DNA of 63,914 bases, filler included, from Rhabdomonas costata (taxonomy: Eukaryota), in NCBI GenBank assembly GCA_019059605.1. It is 36 parts of 36 records of this genome, joined end to end, with 100 filler letters (N's around TTAATTAATTAA, not from the genome) between each part and the next. Parts side by side here need not be neighbours in the genome. Positions count along the whole stretch, not along the records: positions 24,908 to 26,585 come from JAHMHO010010780.1; positions 26,686 to 28,364 come from JAHMHO010010781.1; positions 28,465 to 30,143 come from JAHMHO010010782.1; positions 30,244 to 31,922 come from JAHMHO010010783.1; positions 32,023 to 33,701 come from JAHMHO010010784.1; positions 33,802 to 35,480 come from JAHMHO010010785.1; positions 35,581 to 37,257 come from JAHMHO010010786.1; positions 37,358 to 39,035 come from JAHMHO010010787.1; 28 more parts are not named here. One strand, given 5' to 3'. Positions 25,075 through 38,220 of the stretch are shown in pieces. Each line of letters begins with the position of its first letter. Within the stretch, counting starts at the first letter, position 1. Both the position numbers and the translations under genes were made by a program. The notes beneath the pieces are model-generated. The model was not told the origin of the DNA. It did no database searches and was given only the letters and a program-made list of their open reading frames with translations.

Positions 25075-26551
25075 CCCTGCTGGCCAAAGTACGTCTGGAA
25101 CTCCACCAGCAAATCGTGCAGGATACCAACCTGTGCAGAGCCAAAGGAAAAGAGCCTCGCCGAAATGCTCAACTTCACAACCACTCATGATCCGACATAA
25201 ACCAGCAAAAAATTCACAAAGGGATTGCACTCACATTGAACCTGTGGCAACCGTTTAAAAGTGGGAAGTGGTTAGCACTGCAGCAACACAAAAACTGGCT
25301 GGGGAGAGCGCTAAACACGGATCGGTGACAAAGAGAATGGCCATATCTAAGAGCTTGACGGCGGTTATCTGTGGGTAGTCTTACAATGGGTCAAGGACCT
25401 CAAAGTCCAAAGGCACAAAGGGCCACACCATGGTGTGCTTGTACTGCTTGGGGTAGATCTCTTGGTTTGGAGGGACGTGCCTAAGAGAAAAATGCAAACG
25501 TGGCATGTGCTTACGTGGTGATGGCTGCTCGAAAGCGGACACAACACAGCAAATGTGATAAGAAGCTGAAAAGGTCGAAGCATCGGCTTGAGAGTGCGCC
25601 AAAACCTCGTTGTAGAGTATTCGAAACAGCCAGCCATTTCCCTCAACAACGCCCCACTCCGACAAAACAACGCCAAACGACAAATACAAACGTACAAATA
25701 TCGGTGACAGAGTTTAGTGTAGGGCTAGTTGTTGTTCCCAACACAAACAGTACAGAAAGTCCTGGTCGGGAGCGCACTTGCAGAACAACATACAGATGGC
25801 AGAAGTGGGGGTGAGTATAACTGACCACTAAAACCCTGGGTATAGGCTAAAAAGCGGCGTGACGCAGACGGAAGGAGAGGGCTTGGAAGGAGGCGGAGGC
25901 TGTGACATGGTACAAAGTATTGCGAGAAGGCATGGGGACTGGAGGAGGGGAATATCACAGGGAACGGTTGGAGATGGGTGATTGGACGGGGGCAGCTATG
26001 CGCACTTCTGTGTGTGTGCGCCTGTGTGTGTGTGTGTGTGCGCGCGCGCGCGCGCGCGCACGTGAATCGCACCTGTATGCGTGAATCGCGCCTGTGAATC
26101 GCGCACGTGAATCGCGCACGTGAATCGCGCCTGTGTGCGTGTGTGTGGGGGGGTTAGATTGCCATTACGACGATAATACATGAGAATACATGAGGATTCA
26201 CTATTGTCTTGCGCGTTGACTTGCAGCAACTGCACACCAGTAGTAATTGGTGGAGTGGATCTCCATCAGCATCATGGCCTCTCCAATCTGCATCAACAGC
26301 TTGGTTTGCGTGGCCAGGCCATACAAGTAGATTCCGTACCAGGCGTTCACAGCCTGAGAAAGAGAGTCGTTCCTTGTTAATTAATCACCGGGAAGAAAGC
26401 TCGGTTTTTGCGCAGAGAGAGAAAGCTTAAAACACATAAACCAGGCCCAAAAACATGAAAGGGAAACGCTGCACCAACCTCGCTGGTGGACTCTTGGTTC
26501 TTCCCGTTGGGATCGGCCACGATGCCGAGAGCCCAAGAGTGTCCCACGTAC
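25075..26551 (-). CDS. Glycoside hydrolase family 81 endo-1,3-beta-glucanase, partial (exons 26479-26551, 26238-26353, 25429-25480, 25075-25130)
   Basis: Spliced YVGHSWALGIVADPNGKNQESTSE|AVNAWYGIYLYGLAT..MEIHSTNYYW|HVPPNQEIYPKQYKHTM|VGILHDLLVEFQTYFG has the GH81 catalytic motif HSWA.G..G.NQESTSEA.N, plus VGIL and T.FG. Phases are consistent. Confidence 0.92.
26008..26146. repeat. (TG)n(CG)n tract followed by about 5 copies of a 13-bp unit GTGAATCGCGC(AC/CT)
   Basis: Seen directly, inside a GH81 intron. Confidence 0.85.
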
Positions 26552-28629
26552 CTGCACGACACATTCCCAAAGGAGCCCCACAAAANNNNNNNNNNNNNNN
26601 NNNNNNNNNNNNNNNNNNNNNNNNNNNNNTTAATTAATTAANNNNNNNNNNNNNNNNNNNNNNNNNNNNNNNNNNNNNNNNNNNNTTGTGGTTGGCGAGG
26701 GGCCTCGGGGAGCACCGAGCCGCAAATGTGGATGGAGTCCAGAAGAAAGCAGGAGCTCACCAAGGAAACCCCGATCATCTGCGAAGCGTAGAGATGAGGG
26801 AGTCCCGGGGAAACAGAAGCTGTTACGAGTGCAATATTTGCACTGAACAAACGCTCTCTTTTTAAAAGGTAAAACGGTGGATTTTCGTGAGATAAAACAT
26901 AGTCACCTATTCTCAGGCTGAGATACCTCCTTAACTGAACACAATAAACACAATTCTCTCAATTTTATCCGAACTCGGCTCCGTCAATCTCTCGGTTCTC
27001 ACCAAGTAAAATTAGTTGCCCACCCATACAATACAGAAACCTAGCTCAACTTTGAAAACAATGGAATGGAGAGTGAGGGTAAAAAGGAAGAGGAAAGAAA
27101 GGCCTCGTAAGAGTGAGTCATGCGCGGAATCCTCACCAAAGCTGAAAGAAAAAAACACGATGCACGGTGCGGTGCCAGCGGGTAAACAAGAACCTTCACA
27201 GAAAATCGAGCGGGATTGAGACGAAGAGCATACGCTAAGCTCGAGTCTCCTTAGGCCAGCTCTGGCCCTTGGGCTTTCAGACGAGGTCAGGTCAGCCACA
27301 GCGACGCTCAGGCGACCCCCTCCAGGGAGTTCCACAGTTCCCCGGGACCGAGTCGAGCCCAGGCATTCCCCAAGGCCAGGCTTAATCTCCGTCGAGCCAA
27401 TAACTACACAACGGGAAAACCTGCCACACGCATGCTCCTCTGCGTTTATTTACTTTACGATAAAAGAGAAAGCTTGCGGCAGGCATTTAGCAACGCTTCC
27501 CCGCGTCAAGGTTGCGTTAAGTTCACAGGACGCAAAAGAAGATTTCCTCGCACAGTGGAATCCGCGAGTGCCTCGGGATAGCTCACGCCGTTACACTGGA
27601 CACGTGACAAACACGGCTGCGTGTACAGGGCAGCGGGGAAGCAGTTCCTCTTCTTGTCTGTTCATGCAGATCAGACAAGTTCAGGCTCCTGACAAAAGCC
27701 TAAGGAAAATAAATTTGAATGCAATGCATAGCTCAGAGCAAAAACCTTTCAACTTATACGAATCATTTCAACCACAGCAGCTCTTTTTGAAACACCGATG
27801 CAGGGACCACTGCCGATTACAATCACAGCATGCGCACACTGAAAGGGCTAGCATAGATGCTTCACCTGGGCAAACACACAACGTCAGCCATCCGAGTCTT
27901 AGATGATGGTTTGTGGAGAGCCAATACGTAACGATTATCACCAAATAGGCGGATCAGTGCAATAAAAATTGAAGGTCAGACGAAAGACGGAGAGACAGAG
28001 AGACAAGAAAGAATCTCTCAGAGAGACAAGAAAGACTCTCTTTCTCCATCCTCCAGCACACTCTGCGCATTTCGGGCGCTGCAGATAGTCCACACTGCGG
28101 TGCATTGGAGAGGAGAGGAGAGGCACACGGCGAAGCTGAGGCGAGGCTTTGCAGACTCGGTCTGAAACTTTCGCAAAGCCCCCCCTCCCCACAGTGTACA
28201 AGCATTCAGTCACGATATTCCTATGAGCCTGATGCGACATGAAACACAATCAATGATCCAGAGAAAGCATTCCAGGCGCATCTGGCTGACACGGCTTTCC
28301 GTACAATACAACATCGCAGTAGCACAGAAACGGTAGGAAAGGATGAGAGATACACACAAAAAAANNNNNNNNNNNNNNNNNNNNNNNNNNNNNNNNNNNN
28401 NNNNNNNNTTAATTAATTAANNNNNNNNNNNNNNNNNNNNNNNNNNNNNNNNNNNNNNNNNNNNGGTGTGGTGTGGATTTTGGGAAGAACCGATTTTTGT
28501 TCTGTTTCCGCCCTCATTTGGTTTTGGGATGGGGTGCTTCTGGTTACTTTCTTGACTAATATACAAAGTCAGGTTTATCATCAGATATGGCCGCCAAGTC
28601 CTCAGTCATCGTGTCATTCTCGTCGTTAG

Positions 28630-28918
28630 AGCACCTGCCAGTGCTCCGGTATCTAATTTGATTTTTGGTTCGCTCCTCGCCGGCAGTGCGGTGGGGCCCA
28701 AAAGGGTATTCTCTGACATTTCCCCAATCAGCACGGCCACGGATGCCGCGGCGATCTCTGAATCGCAGGGCCTGTGTTAGCTTATTGGTGTCGTCTTCTC
28801 AGCGTCCTTTGCAAAAATAGAGTCCTCTTTCGCTGCAGGTTCCGGACGGGAATCAATACCGCTTCTGTTCTGGTGGGGAACTACGGCTGCGACTACCGAA
28901 TCAGCTACACGGCCCTTG
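28630..28918 (+). CDS. Class III adenylate/guanylate cyclase catalytic domain, partial (exons about 28630-28648, 28839-28918)
   Basis: ..HLPVLR|FRTGINTASVLVGNYGCDYRISYTALG matches R.G(I/L)(N/H)TG.V.VGN.G...R..YT..G. The Arg codon is rebuilt across a GT-AG intron. The 5' end of the upstream exon is uncertain. Confidence 0.8.
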
Positions 28919-31900
28919 GTGAAGATTGCGTTTTTTCTTTTTCTTTTGGTTTTTGCGGTTTTCGCTTTTGTTTGAATCGGGAACGCCGTATAAGGCTCTG
29001 GGGTTTCCTAAGCCGCTTCAGTGCAACACCGCTTGTTGATGAATTCTATGGCAACCGTAAGTGATGAGGTTTCACCCCACCCCACCCCGAATAAAATTGT
29101 TTGTATTGTGGCGGAAAACAGTAGACCTAATCCCATTTTGCTAAGTAAATGGAGGTGACCTTTCTGCATTAAAATAACGTCGCCACAAAAAGTGACCGCG
29201 CTGCGGACTTTCCTCGTCCATTAAAAATAATCCCTTCTCCGTCCTTTCCGCGATTCCTTTTGGACGGGGTTCGTACCACACGGGAAGTTTCTGTCAGGGG
29301 CAATTGGTTTGCATTTTTTTGGTTTCAAGTTTTATAGTCACATGACAAGCATTTTCTGTGTTCACTGGCAGGGGTGCTCCAACTGTGAATTTATTATATA
29401 TATGTTTTGATGAATTTTTACGTTCATCTTTTCCAGATGTACAATTGAATTTCCCACGACATGTATTTTTGTTTGCATTGTATTTAGTCTTCGTGTTGCC
29501 ATAAATTCTGAGAATCTTTGGCCAATGTGTGCTTGGAGGGGGGGGGGGTTCGCAGGCGACGGAGTCAACCTTGCATCCCGTCTGGAGGCCTCGAACAAGG
29601 TTGCGGGTTTCCACCCGCGTCCTTCACGCGCTCTCTTTTGTTTCGACGTTCCGAGGGAAGGTCAGTCTCAGCCGAAATTGACCCTTTTTGCTTCGGTGGA
29701 GTAAAATTGCATACACCCACTTCCCCTTCCCTTTGACACCAGCCCTTGCAGGTTGATTTTTCGTTCAGTGGACAGGGGTGTTCTCGAAACTTCCTCTCCG
29801 GGAAAAATGAGAGTCACTCTGTGAAGACTTCTGCCTTCCAGCAGGTTGATAGGGCCCTTCCACCACTTAATTGCACCCCCCCCCCATTTCTAACAATGCT
29901 TTGTAGCCAGAAAGCATCCCCCATGCCCATCGTGACAGTTTCCCCAGCTTCTTCTCAGAGGTATGGTTTCTAGGTATGGTTTGACAACGAGCGAGATCGG
30001 GTGAGTCTTGAACTGCGAAAACGCAAATTCCATAAAAAATACTATGCATGGAAATCCTTTTTTAGTCCGCGTTATAGGGCAGGGGCGATTGCATAGAGTC
30101 TCCCCTGGGTCTCACTCGATCTCGCTCGTTGTCAAACCACAACNNNNNNNNNNNNNNNNNNNNNNNNNNNNNNNNNNNNNNNNNNNNTTAATTAATTAAN
30201 NNNNNNNNNNNNNNNNNNNNNNNNNNNNNNNNNNNNNNNNNNNGTGTTGTGGTGATGCAGCGCTGAAAATTATCATATCAGGCATGTGTGCAAACACGTG
30301 TATGCCCATTTTACGTGCTATCATGTTCTGTGAGCATTTTGTCTTGTGATTGACTAAATGCTGGAAAGCAGTCAATAATACAGATCCGCGTGTAAGAAAA
30401 TGAATTGTGCAATGAATTAATTTATTTAAAGTTTTCCACATAACTTTAAAAAAGCACAAATGCGTAGCAGAAGAGCAGATGAAGCCTCATTTCCAAATAG
30501 AATAAGTCACGCGTCACCTCAATAGAAAGAGGTGACCACAGAACTGTCAAATCAGCTTGAAAAAATAATCACAACCGATGTACTGGAGCCCAGGTTTTCA
30601 CCACACGTTTTAGCTTCTAAGTCTAAAAGCGCCTAATTTACTTAATAATAATAACTTTTTGAGGTGACGCGGAAAGTGTATTTCCTCAAAAGATAAAAAA
30701 ACGTAATTGCCAACTACAAGCAAAGTTTCCTATCAATATGCAGTTGAAAGTTTTGACGTGGGCTTGTGTATCTTTAAACAGATTGTTTTCAATCTTGTTG
30801 TCGCCACAATAAAGTTACCAATGTCCCTCTGTAAGTGCAGTTTACACAATATATGGTTTCTAATATTCAAGATCTTTTCCTCAAATACTGCCACTGTGCC
30901 AACTGGATTACGTTAGAGGCAATAATTTAATTATGTAGCTGCAACAATATTTACTGATAAATATAATGCCTTTGACATCATGTGCCGTACAAGACGAGGT
31001 GATGCCCATCATGTGACTGATTTTGAAATATACATTCAGCGAAATGCTGGTATGGCAGTTTTGTTGCACTACACATAAAGGCAAATCAAATACTTGTCAC
31101 ATTTGGTCGCAAAGTGAAAGCAGATGTTGGATCATATTTTTTTGCAGCTAATGAAGAGTGATACACTCAAACGCTGCGCTGTGTTTTTGTGTACTCTCTG
31201 TAATTGTATCTTTTCTGTGTTGTGCATGAGTTTACTGTTTATTCCAGCTTGTGTTTAAGTCGATGGTACCAGCCACACGAATAAAAAATCACTCACGACA
31301 TCGCATATTTTTTTGAAGAGTTTACACATTAGAATCCTTCTTGATGTTTAAATTGTAAATTGTGAATTGTTCATTGGTTTAGATGAATAAAAAGCTGACC
31401 ACACGTTGATCTGTCTACTTTTGAGTAGCTAAAAATACGGCAGGTGTGGCTTTACAATCTCCAGCTGGTAGTCATTTCTGTGCTTATGCAACTGTGTCAA
31501 CACAAATATGTATAGAAACACTATGCCCATGTGGAAACACTTGCAGCACTACACTGACACACATCGTGGTGTCGTGGTGTAAGCAATTCAGGAAAAACTA
31601 TTACATCTCACTGGCCTCTTCTGCTAACACGGATGCCACGTCATGTCGCAGCGGAATATACGTGTTTATTAGAAGCAAATGAGCGCAATTACAGGCCACA
31701 ATACAAATCGTTACCAACGACGCAGCACTAGTGCACTTTTTGTGCGTACACACTTCATTGCTGCAGCATTAAATTCATATGAAACAATTTAATTGCTATC
31801 ATCTGCTGCAAGATTGGTCTTAACAAAAAGCGCAATACGTAAAGCGTTTCTAAGTGAAAGCTTGTATAGACGATGTCATAGGAATAAAAGTGCTATAACA

Positions 31901-32412
31901 ATCACAATGAGATGCGTGAAATNNNNNNNNNNNNNNNNNNNNNNNNNNNNNNNNNNNNNNNNNNNNTTAATTAATTAANNNNNNNNNNNNNNNNNNNNNN
32001 NNNNNNNNNNNNNNNNNNNNNNCGCCACCGGGCTTTAACTCACCGGTGAGGTTACTCCTGCTGTCGCTCATGGGCATCTCCAAGCTGAGATGGTGATGAA
32101 GTAGTAAACATATAGCCGGAAACCCGAACGACAGGGGAGCAGCAAAGAGCTTCCCCTGTTTTTTTCTTTTCAACAGCAAAGTAGTGAGCAATAATTTTGA
32201 ATGGTGTTTTTTTTCACCAGTGGATGCTGTCCCTTCAGGGTTTGATTCTTCCGGTATTTTCTGATAGTTTCAAACATTTATGGTATGCCCATGTTCCAGG
32301 TATTACGGCTGTCCAGAAAGATGCGCAACGCGACATACGATGAAAAAATGTTAAACTGAAGGCTCCTGAGTCAGAGAAACAACTGAAACCAAGCACTGCG
32401 TGTGGTCCATAC

Positions 32413-33367
32413 TCGGCCTCGCACGCCGAAGTCGCCCCAGCAGTGGGCACCATAAACGGCAACAAGGTCTCCTTCGTAGTCGGATCCCCCTCGCTCCCGC
32501 CACGCTCGCCCCGGGCAAGCGCCAGCAAGGACTCCGGGATGTACGGAAGGTAAACCCTCACATTGTCCACGATCTCCTGAAAAAAGCCGCACCCACAGAG
32601 GGTGTAAGCTTAAGTGTATGTAAAAAAGCAGTGTAAAAAAAGGTATGGCGCATCTCAAAGCGTGCGCGATATTGACTTACCACAGATAGTCTGCGAGGCC
32701 CGAGCAGGTCCGAGCAAAGTACGACACAAAAAAGCTCTGAGAATGAGAATTGCATTTTTGTCGCAGAATAGCATCATCGGATGGAGATGGGTTCTGACAA
32801 GCCACTGGTTGGAGAGCTAACAAAACTGAATGAAAATATCCAAACCAAAACAGAAACAGCTCCGTCCGCCAGACCACAAGCCAAACCGCTGAGAAAGCAA
32901 ATTACAAAAACGCACCTCTTTGTATTTAAAATTACACAGCAAATCCCAAAAGAGGTTCTGCAAGGTGACCGAACGCAGCACAGCATGGAGCACCTGAAGC
33001 ACGCCCACAAGCGGAGAAGCATTGTGGTGGAACAGCTTCTCGATATCGTCCAGATTCATCACCTAATGGGGTGGGTTTTCAATAATCAAATCGACTCTTT
33101 CAAATGAGATCGCGCAGCACTAAAGACAAGTGATCAGAAACCAAGCAAACAGGGTGGTCAACACGGGACGGAAAATCGGTGCTGCAGAGCACCTAAACAC
33201 AAACTAATTACTCAACCAGGCACACTGGAAGCACAAGGCACAAGGCACAAGGCATATACACACAGACACACGGGCACTCAGGCATACTGCGACGCGCTTC
33301 GCGATCTCCGACGCAAGCAGGTTGTCCGCCAGCTGCTTGGCGTGCGCCAGGTGCATCCGCCGGATCT
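32413..33367 (-). CDS. Hypothetical protein, 3 exons (33288 to about 33367, 32994-33062, about 32413-32576)
   Basis: Phase-0 GT-AG joins: ..LLASEIAKRVA|VMNLDDIEKLFHHNASPLVGVLQ|EIVDNVRVYLPYIPESLL. The YLPYIPESL stretch loosely resembles the linker upstream of class III cyclase domains (weak). Confidence 0.5.
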
Positions 33368-35637
33368 CTGCGTGCAGCCTCTGCCGCACAAACAGCAGAT
33401 GGCCCACGTACACCCCGACCAGCACCCCTGGCGGCAGCCCTTCCTTTTCATCCCTCCCACTCTTTTGTGCCGCTTCTGTCCCTCGGAGCCTGAGGGTGTG
33501 ACATGCATCCACATCGCGCTGGAGAGGCGGCGAGTAAGGGAGTACAAGCTCGGGAAGGGAGCTGAGCCTTCCCATACCCTAAGAGGTCACGCGCGAAGAA
33601 CTATGAGCGTGTATGTGTATGTGCGCGCGCGTGCGCCCGAACGCGCCCCATGTGGGAAGACCAAAAACAACATAACATTCTACAGCGAGTGAAACAGACA
33701 CNNNNNNNNNNNNNNNNNNNNNNNNNNNNNNNNNNNNNNNNNNNNTTAATTAATTAANNNNNNNNNNNNNNNNNNNNNNNNNNNNNNNNNNNNNNNNNNN
33801 NTACCCGAAAATACCAAGCACTTAAACGACCATAATACTGCAATCAAATCCAATGCAATAAGAAACGCGCGGAACCAAAGCCCACACCAGTAAGGCCAAT
33901 ACCCGCGAGGAAAAAACATCAACTATCGGGTGTATACCCTTAAAAGCAACGTTCCAAAGCGGGTTCCTTTCCACGTGGGGCGACCATTCGTAATAAGTTT
34001 AAGTTATTATGCGGCCAACCTAGCACACCAAGTTTTTGGAGCGCCAGAACTGCGCCATTTTCTTGCCGCGTTAGCGAATGGATCCCCGACCCGATACTTT
34101 ACTTCACTCCAATTATTTCCCCCTCCATCTTTTTCCAATTTTATCCCGCCAAAAAAAGGGCAGGATTCCAATGATATTTTTTGCCCAATGGGCGTGCCCA
34201 GGGAAATGCCAAAGTCCGGAAACAGGGAAGACAGACCCACGGCGTAAAACCCAGGGATCCAGGATTTGCTTGAACACTTGACAAAGGGCGGGGTGCGCAA
34301 TGTCGACCGATTATCTGGGTGAAAGTCGGCAAGTCATCCGCGCGCCTCGCCTTTTCCGCTGGACACTCCTCGTTGTTGTGCTCACCACTGTTCTTGTTGC
34401 TCCACTCAATCTGCGTCATGGATTGGCTTGTGGACTTTGTTTACCACCAGGGCCCTCCGGAGGAGCGGAATAAAAAAGATTCAGACCTTGCTGTCGTGCT
34501 TATGCTTCCACGCTTTGAGGTATTGACCTGAGCAACACGGAATTTCTTGAAAGGGATGTGGTCGGCATATTGGAAACGTCCCAGCTGTGGAACAAAAAAT
34601 GACTCGAAACCTTATGCAAGAGTCTCCGCGTATATCCGCTAAGAAAGGCGTGTTATATAGCTGCAGACTTTTTTGGAGCTGCTTTGTGCGCGCCGAAGTG
34701 CCAAAGCCACGATAAGGTAGTGTTACGTTTCATTTTAACATCCGCGCTAGTCACATTATGCTCAGGTTGTAACCGGGAGCTTGGTAGGTAGGTAGTCTTT
34801 AAATCCACCTGCTGTAGGATAACTCGATTTCCACCCAAAAGTAGGAGATGTTGGCAATTTTTAGTGAATCATGGATGCACTGGCATACATTTCATCTGCA
34901 TGTGCACACAATCTACTTTGCAGTTTTAGGTGTGCTACAAAAGGAACTCGATGATGTAGTGCACATTATAGATCTTGTAGCCTTTGCAGATTATGTTGAA
35001 ACATTGTTGTCAGAAGAAGCACCAGAGCCATCGTGTAATAAAAAATCTAGAAAGTACTCCACCGTTGAGGTGGTAACTTGCTGGATGGTGCTTCAGATGA
35101 AAATCTGGTGCAAATTGTTTTTTACATCATTCAGGACATTGCGACAGCAGCGTCCGTCCATCAAAGTTGTATCGCGCAACACACTAGTGAAGCACATTCG
35201 CTATCGAACCCGTCACCGTTACGCCATTCCGCAGGTAACAGCGCACCCCACGATACCACATTAAGAACCTAAGCATCTTCGCGTACCCGAAGACCAGTGG
35301 TGCAACCACATGCGTGTCCCCCAACAAGACACAAGTAGGCGTCCCTAACGTGCAAGGCCCTCTAACCACCCCCACGCGTCCATTGCAGAGGCCATGGTCT
35401 ACTAGTTGAGGTACAATGGCCTTAGTAGGTAATCTTGCACCCAGGCGCCCACATCCTTCCATACACACTACGTCACCACCNNNNNNNNNNNNNNNNNNNN
35501 NNNNNNNNNNNNNNNNNNNNNNNNTTAATTAATTAANNNNNNNNNNNNNNNNNNNNNNNNNNNNNNNNNNNNNNNNNNNNGTTGTTGTGGGACCAAAGAG
35601 AAGCGCCTGTCAAAGCATCGCAGCAGGGGCAGTACAC

Positions 35638-36993
35638 CAGCAGGCGCTGGCTCCAGACTTTGCAAATCAGCTGCCTCCTGTCCGCTGTCTTGGAAGTCTT
35701 AAAGGCGATGACCTCCTCCAGCTCGCTGAGCTCCTGCAAACCTGTAGCAGTCAACAGCACCAGAGAGAACGCGTAGAAAAGCCGTAAAACCTGCAATGCA
35801 CGCTTTTTTTTGTTTTGGAACGGTTGCAAAGGCAAGGGAAAGGTAGGCAGAGCTGTGCCGTCGTCTATTCATGCCTTCAATGGATTCGCCGGTCTCCAGG
35901 CTCACACCGCGACCACATCTCTTCCACTTTCCATCATTTTTCTACCATTATAGCGAGCTCCTGTGCAATACGAGGCAACACACCCTCCCCACTTCCCTTT
36001 CGACCGGAGGGGGGGGGCATCGGTGACATCGGCGACATATGCTCGATGGACTGAATCCATGAACCTGGACCCAACCAAAATAAGTGCTGCACCTGCGCAC
36101 GGTTTTTCGTTTCGCATTTCGCAAAGAATTAAGGAAGAAGAAATAAGAAATCCATAGATTATGAGGAGGATGACTTGGGTTACCAAAACCGCAAGAAGAA
36201 AAGGTCGCTGTGGTACCAATGATTTTCTCGTAGGCGCGGGTGTAGCTCTCGCCGACCAGGGCACTGATATCGTTGTCCATTGCCAGACGAGTCTGCTGGA
36301 TAAACCGGCGAGCGTCCTGATACTGCTCCTCCTGAACCGCTAGGATCGCCTGAAAGCAGATTCAGGGCATTTCAATACTCACAAGTGGACAACAAGGATC
36401 TGTCTTCTCCAGAACAACAACTCCTGCACCAGTTTCGTGCTGTGTGGCTCTCAGTCGTGCAGGCGACAGGGCAAAGTCAAATCCAAAGGCTGGCCAAGCT
36501 TGGGCCTGAAAGTGATTGAAGGGCATATGTACATTTTACCGCAAAAGAATTGATTCCACTTGCGTCGAAACTGGTGTTTCGCCGCTTTCCTCTTGACATC
36601 TTCACAGATCACAACAAGAACTTTCCATTGTGTTGCGCAAACCTCTCCCGCCAATACCTGTGCTGCACTATGACCTGGTCCCTGGGCCTCTGGTTGTGAA
36701 ACGAGTGTCTGCTCCTGCCTTCTTCTAATACGGAAACAAAGGTTTGCGAAGCAAAGTCCGAGTTTTGAGATGAAACGAGTCATTTTTTTGCAGCGTGACT
36801 TTGCAAGCAGTGTTGTTGCAGAGCTGACTCCAGGCGCAGTACCCTGTAGTAGTACGTCTTGGGGTGTGCGGCCTTCATCAGCTTTGTCGCGCTCTGCATC
36901 AGATCCCAGTTGCCCACGTGAAACGCGGTGTTCGCGACATCGATCGCAAGCAGCTTCTTGGCGGAGTCATCCGCCGTGGACCACTGGATATCA
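35638..36993 (-). CDS. TOR: Target of rapamycin kinase, FAT-domain exons (36843-36993, 36217-36349, 35638-35741)
   Basis: Spliced ..VANTAFHVGNWDLM..YYYR|AILAVQEEQYQDARRFIQQTRLAMDNDISALVGESYTRAYEKII|GLQELSELEEVIAFK..WSQRL carries the TOR FAT motifs A..GESY.RAY and LSELEEVI..K. Phases are consistent. Confidence 0.92.
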
Positions 36994-37410
36994 CTGTATC
37001 CCCCAAACCCAGCAGCACCCGTGAAGCCACGTTTCCCTCTCCCTTACCAGTCACCAGAAACGCACCGGAACCTTACACTAATTTTGCTTTGGTGAACAAG
37101 GAACCATATGATTGAAAAAAATATGACAGCTTGTTGTATGGTACTTTTGAGCATGGTACTGGTTCGGTTAAATTCCGCCTGTATCCCCCCCTCTCAACTC
37201 CGGCTATTCATACCCCCAGGCATCAGGACTCCGGCTATACACCCCCCCCCAAACACANNNNNNNNNNNNNNNNNNNNNNNNNNNNNNNNNNNNNNNNNNN
37301 NTTAATTAATTAANNNNNNNNNNNNNNNNNNNNNNNNNNNNNNNNNNNNNNNNNNNNTTTGTTGGTGAAGGAGTTCGGGTTGTGGGAGTGCTTTGCCAGG
37401 GAAAACGTAC

Positions 37411-38220
37411 ATGAACTCCAGGTAGAGGGGCTGCCCGCTGAGAGCGTATAGCTGGAGCACCAGGTAGGGCTGGGTAAGCTGTAGGCTGGCCTTGTCATCG
37501 CGCGGGAGCTGCACCTTGGTTTGCGTGGTGACGCCGTCGATGGCCACCACGGTGCCGCGCAGGCCTTTGTCATACTCCCGGCGGACACCCTTGGAGCAGG
37601 CAACCTGAAAAGAAAGGGGGGGGGGTAATGACGATAGCCTCTTGATGTATGCATGTGCGCGCGCAAGTAAATGGTGACAAATCAGCCATCCAGAAATGGA
37701 ATGGAGCGAGGCAACTTGCAAATTGACGTGCGTGTAGTCATCTCGATGGAAGCGAGCCCAAAATCCATGTCGGCCCCAGGCCCCCAATCCAGCATAAGCT
37801 CTTTCTGGTTTGCCATCTGGTTTGCTGGCAAGAAAGCATTGAATTTCCTGCACTTGATTTTTATGGTGGTGTGATGCAGCCATTTTTTCCGAGATGCATG
37901 CAAAACAGACATCAATCAATGCGATTAAAGCAATGAAACCACTGGCTTCGACCAGCCGAAAGGGCACAAAAGCTATGTGCGTGTCACCTCGAAATGTCAC
38001 AACCCAACAGTGCACTCCTGCTTTGGAGATGGTGCGGCCTATATTTGGGGTAGAATATAGAAGGGATGGGAGTAAAAGGCAAAACAGCAGCAGCAACAAC
38101 AGCCCGCTGTCTTCGCGGGGAATCGAACTCAAGGGCGTGGCACACCTTGAAGGGCAGGGGCTTGGAGCCCTGTGGCGAGAACACCTCAAAGCACAGGCCC
38201 CCTTGGTACGAGAAAGCCAT
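37411..38220 (-). CDS. CFAP20-domain (DUF667) protein, N-terminus (exons 38146-38220, 37411-37604); CFAP20DC- or WDR90-like
   Basis: MAFSYQGGLCFEVFSPQGSKPLPFK|VACSKGVRREYDKGLRGTVVAIDG..KVQLPRDDKASLQLTQPYLVLQLY matches YQGG.F.E.FS.QG..P, E.DK and QLP....L.L.Q..LVLQ. Confidence 0.82.
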
